This document shows, piece after piece, positions 48,149-62,000 of a stretch of DNA of 64,000 nucleotides (its first letter is position 1; each line of letters starts with the position of its first letter). The notes beneath the pieces were generated by a model. It was given only the letters and a program-made list of their open reading frames with translations. It was not told the origin of the DNA and did not search any database. Source of the DNA: an uncultured delta proteobacterium (GTDB lineage: Bacteria > Desulfobacterota > Binatia > DP-6); the NCBI GenBank assembly GCA_963815115.1, contig CAWFFN010000009.1:832001-896000 (forward strand), given 5' to 3'. The translations under genes were made by a program, and so were the position numbers.

Positions 48149-49591
48149 CTAGAGTTCCGGGCTCGCCGGCAGCGACGTCTCGCCCATCAGGTAGGCGTCG
48201 ACGCCCCGCGCCGCCTCGCGTCCTTCCCAGATCGCCCACACCACCAGCGACTGCCCGCGGCGCGCGTCACCGCAGGCGAACACGCCCGGCACCGTCGTCT
48301 GGTAGTCGGGTCCGGCCTGCACGTTGCCGCGCTCGGTCAGCGCGCAGCCGAGCTGCGCCACGACGGTGTCGCCCGCCGGACCCAGGAAGCCGAGCGCGAG
48401 CAGCACGAGGTCGCAATCGAGCTCGAACTCGCTGCCCGCGATCGCCTTCATGACGGGGCGGCCGTTGTCCTGTACCCAGTCGAGCCGCACGCCGTGCAGC
48501 TTCTTGACGTTGCCGTCGGCGTCGCCGCTGAAGCGGGTCGTGTTGATGCTCCAGTCGCGGACCACGCCCTCCTCGTGCGACGACGACGTGCGCAGGATCA
48601 TCGGCCAGTTGGGCCACGAGAGCTGGGGGCGGTCCACGGGCGGCTGGGGCAGCAGCTCGAACTGGTGGACCGACGCGGCGCCGTGACGGTTCGACGTGCC
48701 GAGGCAGTCCGAGCCGGTGTCGCCGCCGCCGAGGATGACGACGCGCTTGCCGGTGGCGAGGATCTGCCCCGGGACCGAGTCGCCCGCGCCGACCTTGTTC
48801 TGCTGGGGCAGGAACTCCATGGCGAAGTGAATTCCCCTCAGCTCCCGGCCGGGCACCGGCAGGTCGCGCGGACGGGTCGCGCCCATCGAGAGAACGACGG
48901 CGTCGAAGTCGCGCCGCAGCTCGTCGCCCGAAAGATCGACGCCCACGTGCACTCCGGTGCGGAAGCCGACTCCCTCGGCCGCCATCTGCTCCATGCGGCG
49001 ATCGATCAGCCACTTCTCCATCTTGAAGTCGGGGATCCCGTAGCGCAGCAGGCCGCCGATCCGATCGTCGCGCTCGAAGAGCGTGACGGCGTGCCCCGCG
49101 CGCGCGAGCTGCTGCGCGCACGCCATCCCGGCGGGCCCCGAGCCGACGACGGCCACCCGCTTGCCGGTGCGGCGCTCGGGGATCTGGGGCTGCACCCAGC
49201 CCTCGGCAAAGGCGTGGTCGATGATGTGCTTCTCGATGTTCTTGATGGTGACCGGATCGTCGTTGATGTTGAGGACGCACGCCTCCTCGCACGGCGCCGG
49301 ACAGATGCGGCCGGTGAACTCCGGGAAGTTGTTGGTCGAGTGCAGGCGCTCGATCGCCTCGTGCCAGCGGCCGCGGTACACGAGGTCGTTCCAGTCCGGG
49401 ATGATGTTCCCGAGCGGACAGCCCTTGTGGCAGAAGGGGATGCCGCAATCCATGCAGCGCGCGCCCTGTGCGCGCAGCGTCTCCTCGGGGGTCTTCTCCT
49501 CGAACTCCCGCCAGTGCTTCAGGCGCGCCGCGACCGGTTCCTTGTGCACCTTCTCGCGCTCGAACTCGAGGAAGCCGGTGATCTTTCCCAT
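48149..49591 (-). CDS. gltD: Glutamate synthase small subunit
   Basis: [52 protein letters not shown]. Confidence 0.96.
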   Translation of the reverse strand: MGKITGFLEFEREKVHKEPVAARLKHWREFEEKTPEETLRAQGARCMDCGIPFCHKGCPLGNIIPDWNDLVYRGRWHEAIERLHSTNNFPEFTGRICPAPCEEACVLNINDDPVTIKNIEKHIIDHAFAEGWVQPQIPERRTGKRVAVVGSGPAGMACAQQLARAGHAVTLFERDDRIGGLLRYGIPDFKMEKWLIDRRMEQMAAEGVGFRTGVHVGVDLSGDELRRDFDAVVLSMGATRPRDLPVPGRELRGIHFAMEFLPQQNKVGAGDSVPGQILATGKRVVILGGGDTGSDCLGTSNRHGAASVHQFELLPQPPVDRPQLSWPNWPMILRTSSSHEEGVVRDWSINTTRFSGDADGNVKKLHGVRLDWVQDNGRPVMKAIAGSEFELDCDLVLLALGFLGPAGDTVVAQLGCALTERGNVQAGPDYQTTVPGVFACGDARRGQSLVVWAIWEGREAARGVDAYLMGETSLPASPEL

Positions 49592-49603
49592 CGTGCGAAC
49601 CCG

Positions 49604-54148
<4,545 letters not shown>

Positions 54149-54160
54149 GGTACCTCCGCC

Positions 54161-54715
54161 TCAGGCCCGCCTGAGATACCCGTTGCGGTCCGCGGAACGC
54201 CGCGAACGCTTCCCGGGTGGCGCGGGTGGATGCTCGGCGGGACGGAGCGCCAGCTGCACGCTCTCGGCGTGCGTCGAGAGGACGACGGTGGTCTCCGTGC
54301 GGGTGACGCCGTCGAGCGAGCGTACCGCCGTGATCAGCTCCTCGAGCGAGGAGGTGTTCGCCGTCTTCACCTTGAGCAGGAGCGTGTACTCGCCGGTCAC
54401 GTGATGGCACTCGAGCACGCCGTGCAACGCGACGAGCTGGCGCTCGAGCGTGCCGATCAAGTTGGGGTGGCTCGTGATCACGCCGATGAAGGCCATGACG
54501 TCGAAGCCCAGCCGGCGGGCGTCGAGGGTGGCGTGGTAGCCGGTGATCACGCCCGCAGCCTCGAGCTTCTTGATGCGCTCGAGAACCGATGGGGCGCTCA
54601 GCCCGACATGCTCGCCGATGCGAGCGAGCGCGGCGCGGCAATCCTCCTGCAGCATCGTGAGGATGCCGCGGTCGGTGTCGTCCAGCTCCGCGTCTTGATG
54701 GTCGCCGAATGTCAT
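54161..54715 (-). CDS. Lrp/AsnC family regulator
   Basis: LDDTDRGIL..LQ, GLS.PSV.ERIKKLE..GVI, ECHHVTGEY. Confidence 0.92.
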   Translation of the reverse strand: MTFGDHQDAELDDTDRGILTMLQEDCRAALARIGEHVGLSAPSVLERIKKLEAAGVITGYHATLDARRLGFDVMAFIGVITSHPNLIGTLERQLVALHGVLECHHVTGEYTLLLKVKTANTSSLEELITAVRSLDGVTRTETTVVLSTHAESVQLALRPAEHPPAPPGKRSRRSADRNGYLRRA

Positions 54716-54938
54716 AAGGCCCCCAGACCCATTTGGTTGCCTTTTATTCGGACAAATGGCCCCATGTCAATGGGTTCATTAGGGACGCAGGGCGTCTAAC
54801 GTGCGCCAAACCATGGCACCTGCGTCCCGCCGGCAGTCGTCACGAGCCGGCTGGGGGGCACGACGGCGGGGTGAAAACCGGCTCAGGCGACCCCCGGCGC
54901 GTCGCCGCGCGCCGGGGGTCGGCCGAGCTCGGGAAGGC

Positions 54939-57900
54939 TCAGCTGGCTGGCAGGCAGCGCAGCTTGAGCCGGTCGGTGTCCTGGCACTTGCCCAGCTCGC
55001 CACAGCCACGCACGGTCTTGTTGGTCGGCTTCCCCTTCTTGAGCGGCACCTCGATGGAGGCGAAGGCGGTGCAGGTCGGAGAAGCCAGCGGCATCGTGAA
55101 GTGGACGTCGTTGTGCTTCGTCCCCGTGGCCGTGCCGCCGAGCGCGGTCAGCACGTTCACCAGGGCGCTGCCGTTGGCCGCATCGATCGGATCCCTGGCG
55201 GTCGGCACCGGCTTGCGGACCTGGTAGCCGGTCGTGCCGCTGGAGGTGCAGACCAGCAGGCTCGGGTCCGCCTGATCGAGGCACACGCTCACCCGATAGG
55301 TGCAGGTGCCGTCGGCGGTACGATCCGCGTCGCACGCCGGGTCGCCGTCCGTGCAGACCTGGGTGCGATTGGGGAAGCCGTGCTTGTCGAGGAAGGGCGT
55401 GTTGGTCGCGTTGGCGACCTGCCATTCGGCCCGGCAATCCGTCGCCACCTTGCCACCGCCGGGAACCAGCGGCAGCCGGAAGGTCCCGGCGAGCGCGTCG
55501 GGGTGCACCACGGCGAAGGTGGAGAAGCTGGTCACGCCGCTCGTGCTGGCCGTGTGCAGGGCGGTGTCGACGGTCGTCGGAAGCGGCGTGTAGCCGGCGC
55601 CGACGCACGGACCGTTGGCGCCGCAGCTGCCGTTCTCGGTGCACACCGCGCCACCCACCATGCACGTGCCGGTGTGGAAGCGGCCGATCACGAGGGCCGA
55701 TTCCTGGGGCGAGCCGGGGGTGATGCCGGCGATCGCCAGCTCGGTGGCGGTGTAGGAGATGGTCACGTCGGCGCTGAACACGCTGGGGACGCCGCGCTGC
55801 AGGGTGACGAAGAAGGGCAGGAACCCGGGCGTGCCCACCGAGCTGAGCGCCCCGGGCGGCACGTCGGCATCACCCGCCAGCGCCGTCGACCCGAGGATCG
55901 CGCGACCGGCCGTGACGCGCGAGGACACCACGTTGGAGGTGAAGGCGACGGTCACGTCGGGTGTCGGCTCGGGGAACGGGGCGGCACCGCCGGCGTCGAC
56001 CGTGCGCGAGAAGAAGGCGTTCGTCGAGCCGCCCGGCGGGATGTCGATGTTCTGCACCGGGTTGTAGTTGGGCTTGCCCGCGAAGCTGAACGTGCCCGGC
56101 GTGCCATGCGCCACGATGTCGACGAACCAGTCGAGCACGGAGTTCAAGATCCCGGCATTCTGGATCCGGATGGTGCGCTCGAGCGGCGGGAATCCACCGT
56201 TGAGGGCGTACTCCTCGGGATGCGCGAACTCGGGAACGAACGTGAGGGTTCCGGTTCCGTTCCCGATGCTGGCGGCGTGGGTCGCCGGGCCGTTCTGGAT
56301 GACCGCGGCGGTCGCGCCGCCCGCGGCGTTGCCGTGGATCGTCCCGACGCTCGGGACGACCGGCAGGCTGAACGCGCTCTGGTGCAGGTTGGTGACGAAC
56401 GGATCGAAGAGCGGAAGCCCGCCGGCAACCGCGAGCGCCTCGTTGGACGGGTTGGGCACCACCTCGTCCCCGAAGCACTCCACCTGGAGGAGGTTGCGTG
56501 GCGTGCCGTCGACCGGGACGAGGAGGAGCTTCGCCTCGTTGACCCCGTCGGCGGGATCGACGATCGCCTGCGTCAGGTTGTTCGCCAGGGCGAACTGGTC
56601 GGGCACGTTGGCCGGGTCGAGGCCGAGGATGGCGGTCACCAGCGACTGGGCGCCCGCGCCGATCGAGGAGTTCACGAAGAGCTGGCTGGTGAGGCCGCCG
56701 CCCGTGGCGTTGAGCAGGAAGGCCTTCACGTCGGGCTCGATGGGAGCGAACCCCGAGCCCATGAGCCCGCCGAGCGAGTGGCCCATGTAGAAGATCTCGC
56801 CGTCGTTCAACGTGGTGCCGAGGGAGGAGTCGATCGCATGCCCGTGGAGCAGCCGGACGAGGGACATGAGGTCGACGTAGGTCTGCCGGAAGTTGTCACG
56901 GATGCCGAGGAAGTTGTGGAAGGCCTGGAAGAACCCCAGGTTGACGGTCAGGAATCCGACGCTCTGGCCGAGGAAGGTCCCGTCGGCGAAGCCGTCCGGG
57001 ATGGCCGTGCCGCCGAAGTTGTTGGCGGTGTCCTGCGTGCACGGCGCGCCCGGGCCGCAGTCGAAGTAGCGATAGCCGTGGGCCACGGAGTCGATGCCGA
57101 TGGAGGCGAATCCGCGCGCCGCGTCCGCCTCTCCGAAGCCGACGACGGTGTCACGCTGCCCGCCGAGGCCGTGCTGCTGGATGATGACAGGCCATCCGCC
57201 GGGCGGCGGCGTTCCCTTCGGGACGACGACCGTCACGGGAATCTTCGGCGTGTCGATCACGATGGGCGTGCCGCTGCCGTCTCGCGTGAAGCGCTCGTCG
57301 GTCGCTTCGCACGGGACCGCGCAGGTGACGAACGACGGCGGAAGCGGTACGTCGCCCGCCGGACCGTCCCCGTCCGGGTCGTGCGTCTGGAAGCGCGCGC
57401 TGTCGTAGAAGCCGGTGGCGATCGTCTTCACGTGGTCGCGCGCGAAGGAGGCGGGCAGCAGGGTCGCGAGCTTCGCGTCGGTGTCGAAGACCAGCTCGGG
57501 ACGGCTCGTGAAGTCGGCACTCGGGACGGGCAGGCCGGGCAGCACCACGTCACGGATCTTGAGGATGTCCTCGACGGTGGTCTGGGTGGTGAACACCGTC
57601 ATGCCGGCGATGCTGGCGGAGGAGACGCCGTGACCGGCGAGCATGGTCACGACGGGATCGAAGATCGCGTCCGCGTCGCCGTTGGCACTCACCCCGTCAC
57701 GCACGCCGATCCAGTCCGCCGACGGCTCGACCGGCTGGGCGAGCGTGTCCGTCACCGCCGTGGTGACCACGCAGGTGTAGGCGGTCTTCTCGGTGAGAGG
57801 CTTGCCCGGCAGCGGCAGGACGGCGAGCACGTTCGGGATCCGTGTGTCCACGTTCCATTTGAGTGCGAGCTGGACGGGCGTGCCCGTGGCGGCGTCGGCG

Positions 57901-58283
57901 CAGAAGACCGAGTCGCCGAGCGAGGGCGCGACACGGGGCGAGGCCGGCAGGCTCGCCGGATCGATCGGCCCGGAGAAGAAGAAGAACGTGGCCGTGGTGG
58001 TGCCGAATCCGTCGACCAGGTCGAGGGCCTGCTCGACCGCCGCCGTGTTGGCCTCGATGACGGCGGCGCCGAGGCCGATGGAGGCGCCGCTGTTGAGCAG
58101 GGTGCCGTCTCCGTCGCCCGGACGGCCCTGATCGAAGTAGAGGTCGTTGGGCCAGGGCAGCGAGCCGAAGGTGGCGGGCGTGGTGTTCTCGGCCGGGAGG
58201 GTGAAGCTGACGGTGGGCCCGGCCGCCCGGGCGGGTAGCACGGCGGTCAGGGCCAGGACGACGGCGGCGAGTGATTTGAGCAT
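54939..58283 (-). CDS. Large secreted alpha/beta hydrolase (lipase-like) with Cys-rich C-terminal modules
   Basis: Signal peptide; PWPND...DGFG N-domain; GWPVIIQQHGLGG, RDNFRQ..D, GHSLGG, DEVVPN; CTDGDPACDAD module. Confidence 0.82.
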   Translation of the reverse strand: MLKSLAAVVLALTAVLPARAAGPTVSFTLPAENTTPATFGSLPWPNDLYFDQGRPGDGDGTLLNSGASIGLGAAVIEANTAAVEQALDLVDGFGTTTATFFFFSGPIDPASLPASPRVAPSLGDSVFCADAATGTPVQLALKWNVDTRIPNVLAVLPLPGKPLTEKTAYTCVVTTAVTDTLAQPVEPSADWIGVRDGVSANGDADAIFDPVVTMLAGHGVSSASIAGMTVFTTQTTVEDILKIRDVVLPGLPVPSADFTSRPELVFDTDAKLATLLPASFARDHVKTIATGFYDSARFQTHDPDGDGPAGDVPLPPSFVTCAVPCEATDERFTRDGSGTPIVIDTPKIPVTVVVPKGTPPPGGWPVIIQQHGLGGQRDTVVGFGEADAARGFASIGIDSVAHGYRYFDCGPGAPCTQDTANNFGGTAIPDGFADGTFLGQSVGFLTVNLGFFQAFHNFLGIRDNFRQTYVDLMSLVRLLHGHAIDSSLGTTLNDGEIFYMGHSLGGLMGSGFAPIEPDVKAFLLNATGGGLTSQLFVNSSIGAGAQSLVTAILGLDPANVPDQFALANNLTQAIVDPADGVNEAKLLLVPVDGTPRNLLQVECFGDEVVPNPSNEALAVAGGLPLFDPFVTNLHQSAFSLPVVPSVGTIHGNAAGGATAAVIQNGPATHAASIGNGTGTLTFVPEFAHPEEYALNGGFPPLERTIRIQNAGILNSVLDWFVDIVAHGTPGTFSFAGKPNYNPVQNIDIPPGGSTNAFFSRTVDAGGAAPFPEPTPDVTVAFTSNVVSSRVTAGRAILGSTALAGDADVPPGALSSVGTPGFLPFFVTLQRGVPSVFSADVTISYTATELAIAGITPGSPQESALVIGRFHTGTCMVGGAVCTENGSCGANGPCVGAGYTPLPTTVDTALHTASTSGVTSFSTFAVVHPDALAGTFRLPLVPGGGKVATDCRAEWQVANATNTPFLDKHGFPNRTQVCTDGDPACDADRTADGTCTYRVSVCLDQADPSLLVCTSSGTTGYQVRKPVPTARDPIDAANGSALVNVLTALGGTATGTKHNDVHFTMPLASPTCTAFASIEVPLKKGKPTNKTVRGCGELGKCQDTDRLKLRCLPAS

Positions 58284-58361
58284 GAATTCTCCCCCTACGT
58301 TGGTTGCCGTGGGGTCTTCCCACGGTCCGCCCAATGGCGGCAAGGCCTTTTGGGCGACCGC

Positions 58362-59606
58362 TCAGTGACAGGGCGTCGAGTTGATGCAGAGGCCAGAGCC
58401 GAACGTCGAGTTGACGCAGACGCCGACGGGCGGAGGACAGTCCGCGTCTTCGGTGCACAGCTCGCGGCAGGCGAGTCCGCCGTCGTCTATGCACACCTCC
58501 GCCTCTCCGCAGCCGAAGCCGGGGCAGACGCAGCGCCGCGTTCCGCACCCCTCGAACGTGCAGTACTGCTGGCAGACCGCTCCGCCGGTGCACTCGCCGT
58601 CGCCGCCGCACGCCGGTCCGACGCAGTAGCGCGTCGTGCCCGATCCGTTGTCGAGGCACGCATACCCGGAAGGGCAGTCCGCGCCACTGCTGCACTCGAC
58701 GCCCGCGCTGCAGCTTCCCGGGGGTGTCGCGCACTCCGCCGGATAGGCGATGAACGCGGGCACCGCGGCGTGATCCGTACACTCGACGACGTGGCCGGCC
58801 ACGCACGTCACGCAGGTGACGAGGTCGGTGAGGGTGACGATGGGGCCGCCGCATGCGGCACCGCCCGGCATGCTCACCGCGGGGCAGCTCGCGGGCGAGC
58901 CGAGCAACGCAGGCGTGACGTCGTCCCCGCCGCCGCAGGAACGGTCGGCGCCGCCGCACGCCTTGCACATCGCGGCCGAGGCGCGCGCCTCCGCGGCGGC
59001 GATTGCCGGACCCGCCCGCCCGTCACCCGGCAGCGGACAGGCGTTCGTGTGCTTGCCGGCGCCACGCGCGGCCCAGCACGCGGCGAGTTCCCTGGAGGTA
59101 CTCGCGGCCAGCCGGGCGCTCTCCTTCGCCACCGCCGTCGCGCAGCGCAGGATCAGGCCGTCGGCGGCCTCCGGTATGGTGGCGATCTCCGTCAGATTTT
59201 CGATCCCAGTGCGCGCGATGCATGCTAGGCATGGAGCTATGCCTTCGATGCTGACGATGAGGGCGTTACAATCGCCCTCGTCGAGGTTCGGGCAGAAGCC
59301 GGCGCTCCAGCCGATGCCTCCCAGGGGCTCGTCGTCGCCGGTCCCGCAGATGCGATCGAGACCACAGCAGCGCCGGGCGAGTGTGGCCTGGAGCCGGGTG
59401 GCCGCGCGTGCGATCTTCGACGCCGTTCTCCCATCGGCGGCACAGTTGGCAACACGATGCTGCCTGCAGGACGCCACCGCCTTCGTTGTAGCCTGGGTGT
59501 AACGTGCCGCCGCGGTCACGATGGCGGTCTGGCAGCTCTCCGGGTTCGCCCGCGCCGGTACGGCGGCTCCCACCCACAGCACCAGCAGGGAGAGGGCAGG
59601 CCGCAT
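58362..59606 (-). CDS. Cys-rich secreted protein of unknown function
   Basis: Signal peptide (ARA); two helical C...CxG.D..CG.GDD units; C-terminal C...DCP repeats. Confidence 0.75.
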   Translation of the reverse strand: MRPALSLLVLWVGAAVPARANPESCQTAIVTAAARYTQATTKAVASCRQHRVANCAADGRTASKIARAATRLQATLARRCCGLDRICGTGDDEPLGGIGWSAGFCPNLDEGDCNALIVSIEGIAPCLACIARTGIENLTEIATIPEAADGLILRCATAVAKESARLAASTSRELAACWAARGAGKHTNACPLPGDGRAGPAIAAAEARASAAMCKACGGADRSCGGGDDVTPALLGSPASCPAVSMPGGAACGGPIVTLTDLVTCVTCVAGHVVECTDHAAVPAFIAYPAECATPPGSCSAGVECSSGADCPSGYACLDNGSGTTRYCVGPACGGDGECTGGAVCQQYCTFEGCGTRRCVCPGFGCGEAEVCIDDGGLACRELCTEDADCPPPVGVCVNSTFGSGLCINSTPCH

Positions 59607-59685
59607 GTCATGGGCTCTAGCCTGCTACCACGTTCAGGGTCAACGAAATCGCGAGGTCGCGCGTGCCTTGATCATCGAACGACCG

Positions 59686-59728
59686 ATCCGTACGAGCGGA
59701 CCGTACGGATATGCATAAGTGTTTGACA
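59686..59728 (+). promoter_or_regulatory. Inverted repeat ATCCGTACG-N7-CGTACGGAT upstream of a TTGACA
   Basis: Perfect 9-bp arms at 59686-59694 and 59702-59710 in a divergent intergenic region; TTGACA at 59723. Confidence 0.5.
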
Positions 59729-59770
59729 CGACTGCGAGCGGGGGAGTAGGGGTCGATCGATCGGACTGGC

Positions 59771-60541
59771 ATGTTGGCATCGACAGTCATGGCGGCAAAG
59801 GCAAGGCAAGGTTCCGGGACGAAGAAGCTCTCTCCGCAGGCGGAGGCTCGGCGGGATGAGATTCTCGAGGCCGCGCTCTCCGTCATCTCGCGGAACGGGT
59901 TTCATCACACCTCGATGGGCGCCATCGCGACGCGCGCGGGGGTGTCCCGCGCGGCCGTCTACCAGTACTTCACCGACAAGGGCGACATCCTGCTCGCCCT
60001 GGCGGATCGCGTCACGGCGCGCATCATCGAGGCGGTCGATGGCTGGGCTTCCCTCCCTCTCGCTCCCGCCGGGGAGGTGTCCGACGAGGGGCCGCGCAGC
60101 ATCGAAGCCGAGCTGCGCCGCATGGTCGACGTGCGCGTGGCCCAGATCCTGGCCGCGATCTCCGCCAACGTCGATGCGGCCCGCCTGATCGTCCGGCTCA
60201 GGCGTACCAACGCGGGGCCTGCCACTGGCGCCCTCCGGCGCATCGACGAGCACGTCGTGGCCGTGCTCGCACGAGACATCGAGACCGGACGGGGCTTCGG
60301 ATGGGCGCGGACGTGCGACGCCCGGATGATCAGCAGGTTCCTGCTCGGCGGATTCGAGAAGATGGTGATCGACGCTCTCGAACGCGAGGAGCCCCTCGAT
60401 CTCGACGTCAAGACCATCTCGGACGAGATCGCTGCGCTCGTGTTCTACGGCCTGGTGCATCCCGACCTGCTCGAGCCGTTCGATCCATCCCCACCCCCGG
60501 ACCCCGGCGACTCCGCCCTGCAGGCAGCCCCCGCGCGGTAG
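59771..60541 (+). CDS. TetR/AcrR family regulator (paralog 1)
   Basis: IATRAGVSRAAVYQYFTDK; start may be 59789. Confidence 0.9.
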   Translation: MLASTVMAAKARQGSGTKKLSPQAEARRDEILEAALSVISRNGFHHTSMGAIATRAGVSRAAVYQYFTDKGDILLALADRVTARIIEAVDGWASLPLAPAGEVSDEGPRSIEAELRRMVDVRVAQILAAISANVDAARLIVRLRRTNAGPATGALRRIDEHVVAVLARDIETGRGFGWARTCDARMISRFLLGGFEKMVIDALEREEPLDLDVKTISDEIAALVFYGLVHPDLLEPFDPSPPPDPGDSALQAAPAR

Positions 60542-60603
60542 ATACCGCGTTTGCGGATCGCTCGAAGGGCCGGCGAGGCCAGACGGCCGTTCGAGCCGGG
60601 GCG

Positions 60604-61314
60604 CTACCCCGCGGAAGGGCCGCGGAGGTCCGGATGCGCGAGGGCCGAGAACACCATGGCCCCGATCTCACGCACCAGCTCCGCAACGTCGAGCGCGAGC
60701 GGCTCCTGCCGGTCGAGCGCACCGACGACGAGCTTCTCGATGCCACCCAGCAGGAAGCGCGCGACGGCCTCCGGGTCGCAGGCGCGTGCCCAGCCGTAGC
60801 TGATCGCCGCCCGGATGTCCTGGCCGAGGATACCGACGATGTGGTCGTCGAGCCGTCGCATCGCCGCGTCGAGTCGCCGGTCGTCGCCGCGGCTGAGCTG
60901 CACCAGGAGCCGCACCGAGTCGGCGTTGGCCGCGATCACGCCGAGAATCTTGGCGATTCGAGTGTCGATCATGCGGCGCAGCTCGGCTTCCATGCTCCGG
61001 AGCTCGTCGGCGCCGGAACCGCCGCTCCGGGCGCGTGGCAGCGGGTCCCATGCGTCGGCTGCCTCCGTGATGCGGCGCGTGCTGCGGTCGGCCAGGGCGA
61101 CCAGGATGTCCTGCTTGTCGGCGAAATGATGGTAGATGGTCGCCCGCGAGACGTGTGCGCTGGAGGCGATCGCCCCGATCGAGGCGCGGTGGAAGTCGCC
61201 CGCGCGCGCGATGACCGCGAGGGCGGCATCGAGCACGGCCTCGCGGCGCACGTCGGCCTCCGAAGAAGACGGCTTCGCGGCGTCCTCGGGCTCGGTCCTT
61301 GTCGAGACCGGCAT
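60604..61314 (-). CDS. TetR/AcrR family regulator (paralog 2)
   Basis: IASSAHVSRATIYHHFADK; C-terminal domain aligns with paralog 1. Confidence 0.88.
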   Translation of the reverse strand: MPVSTRTEPEDAAKPSSSEADVRREAVLDAALAVIARAGDFHRASIGAIASSAHVSRATIYHHFADKQDILVALADRSTRRITEAADAWDPLPRARSGGSGADELRSMEAELRRMIDTRIAKILGVIAANADSVRLLVQLSRGDDRRLDAAMRRLDDHIVGILGQDIRAAISYGWARACDPEAVARFLLGGIEKLVVGALDRQEPLALDVAELVREIGAMVFSALAHPDLRGPSAG

Positions 61315-61385
61315 GGCAGCCGCGTTCACGTATTCCGCGCCGAACGCGGTGTCAAGGACTTCGGCCCCCGGGGTCGATCGCTGCG

Positions 61386-62000
61386 TCAGCGGGCGGGAAT
61401 GATGCCCTGACCCTCGAGGTAGGTGACGATCTGGCGCGCGCTCTCCTCGACGCTCTGCCCGCTGGTGTCGAGGGCGAGCTCGGGGTGGAGCGGGGCCTCG
61501 TACGGGGCGGAGACGCCGGTGAACTCCTTGATCTCGCCCGCGCGTGCCTTCTTGTAGAGACCCTTCACGTCGCGCTGCTCGCAGACCTCGACCGGGCAGT
61601 CCACGAAGACCTCGACGAAGTCGCCCTGCTGCATGATCTTCCGCACCTGGTCGCGGTCGTCGCGGTAGGGTGAGATGAACGCCGTCAGGGCCACCATGCC
61701 GGCGTCGGTGAAAAGCTTCGCCACCTCGCCGATCCGACGGATGTTCTCGGTGCGGTCCTCGGGCGAGAAGCCGAGGTTCTTGTTGAGGCCGTGACGGACG
61801 TTGTCGCCGTCGAGGATGTAGGTGCGGACCCCGCGTTCGAGCAGCCGCTTCTCGAGGTCGACCGCGATCGTCGACTTGCCGGACCCCGACAGGCCGGTGA
61901 GCCAGACCGTACAGCCCCGGTGGCCGTTCAGGCGCTGGCGGTCCTCGCGCGTGACCGCGCCCTGATGCCACACGATGTTGGTCGCTCGCTGCTCTGCCAT
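61386..62000 (-). CDS. cysC: Adenylyl-sulfate (APS) kinase
   Basis: [43 protein letters not shown]. Confidence 0.95.
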   Translation of the reverse strand: MAEQRATNIVWHQGAVTREDRQRLNGHRGCTVWLTGLSGSGKSTIAVDLEKRLLERGVRTYILDGDNVRHGLNKNLGFSPEDRTENIRRIGEVAKLFTDAGMVALTAFISPYRDDRDQVRKIMQQGDFVEVFVDCPVEVCEQRDVKGLYKKARAGEIKEFTGVSAPYEAPLHPELALDTSGQSVEESARQIVTYLEGQGIIPAR

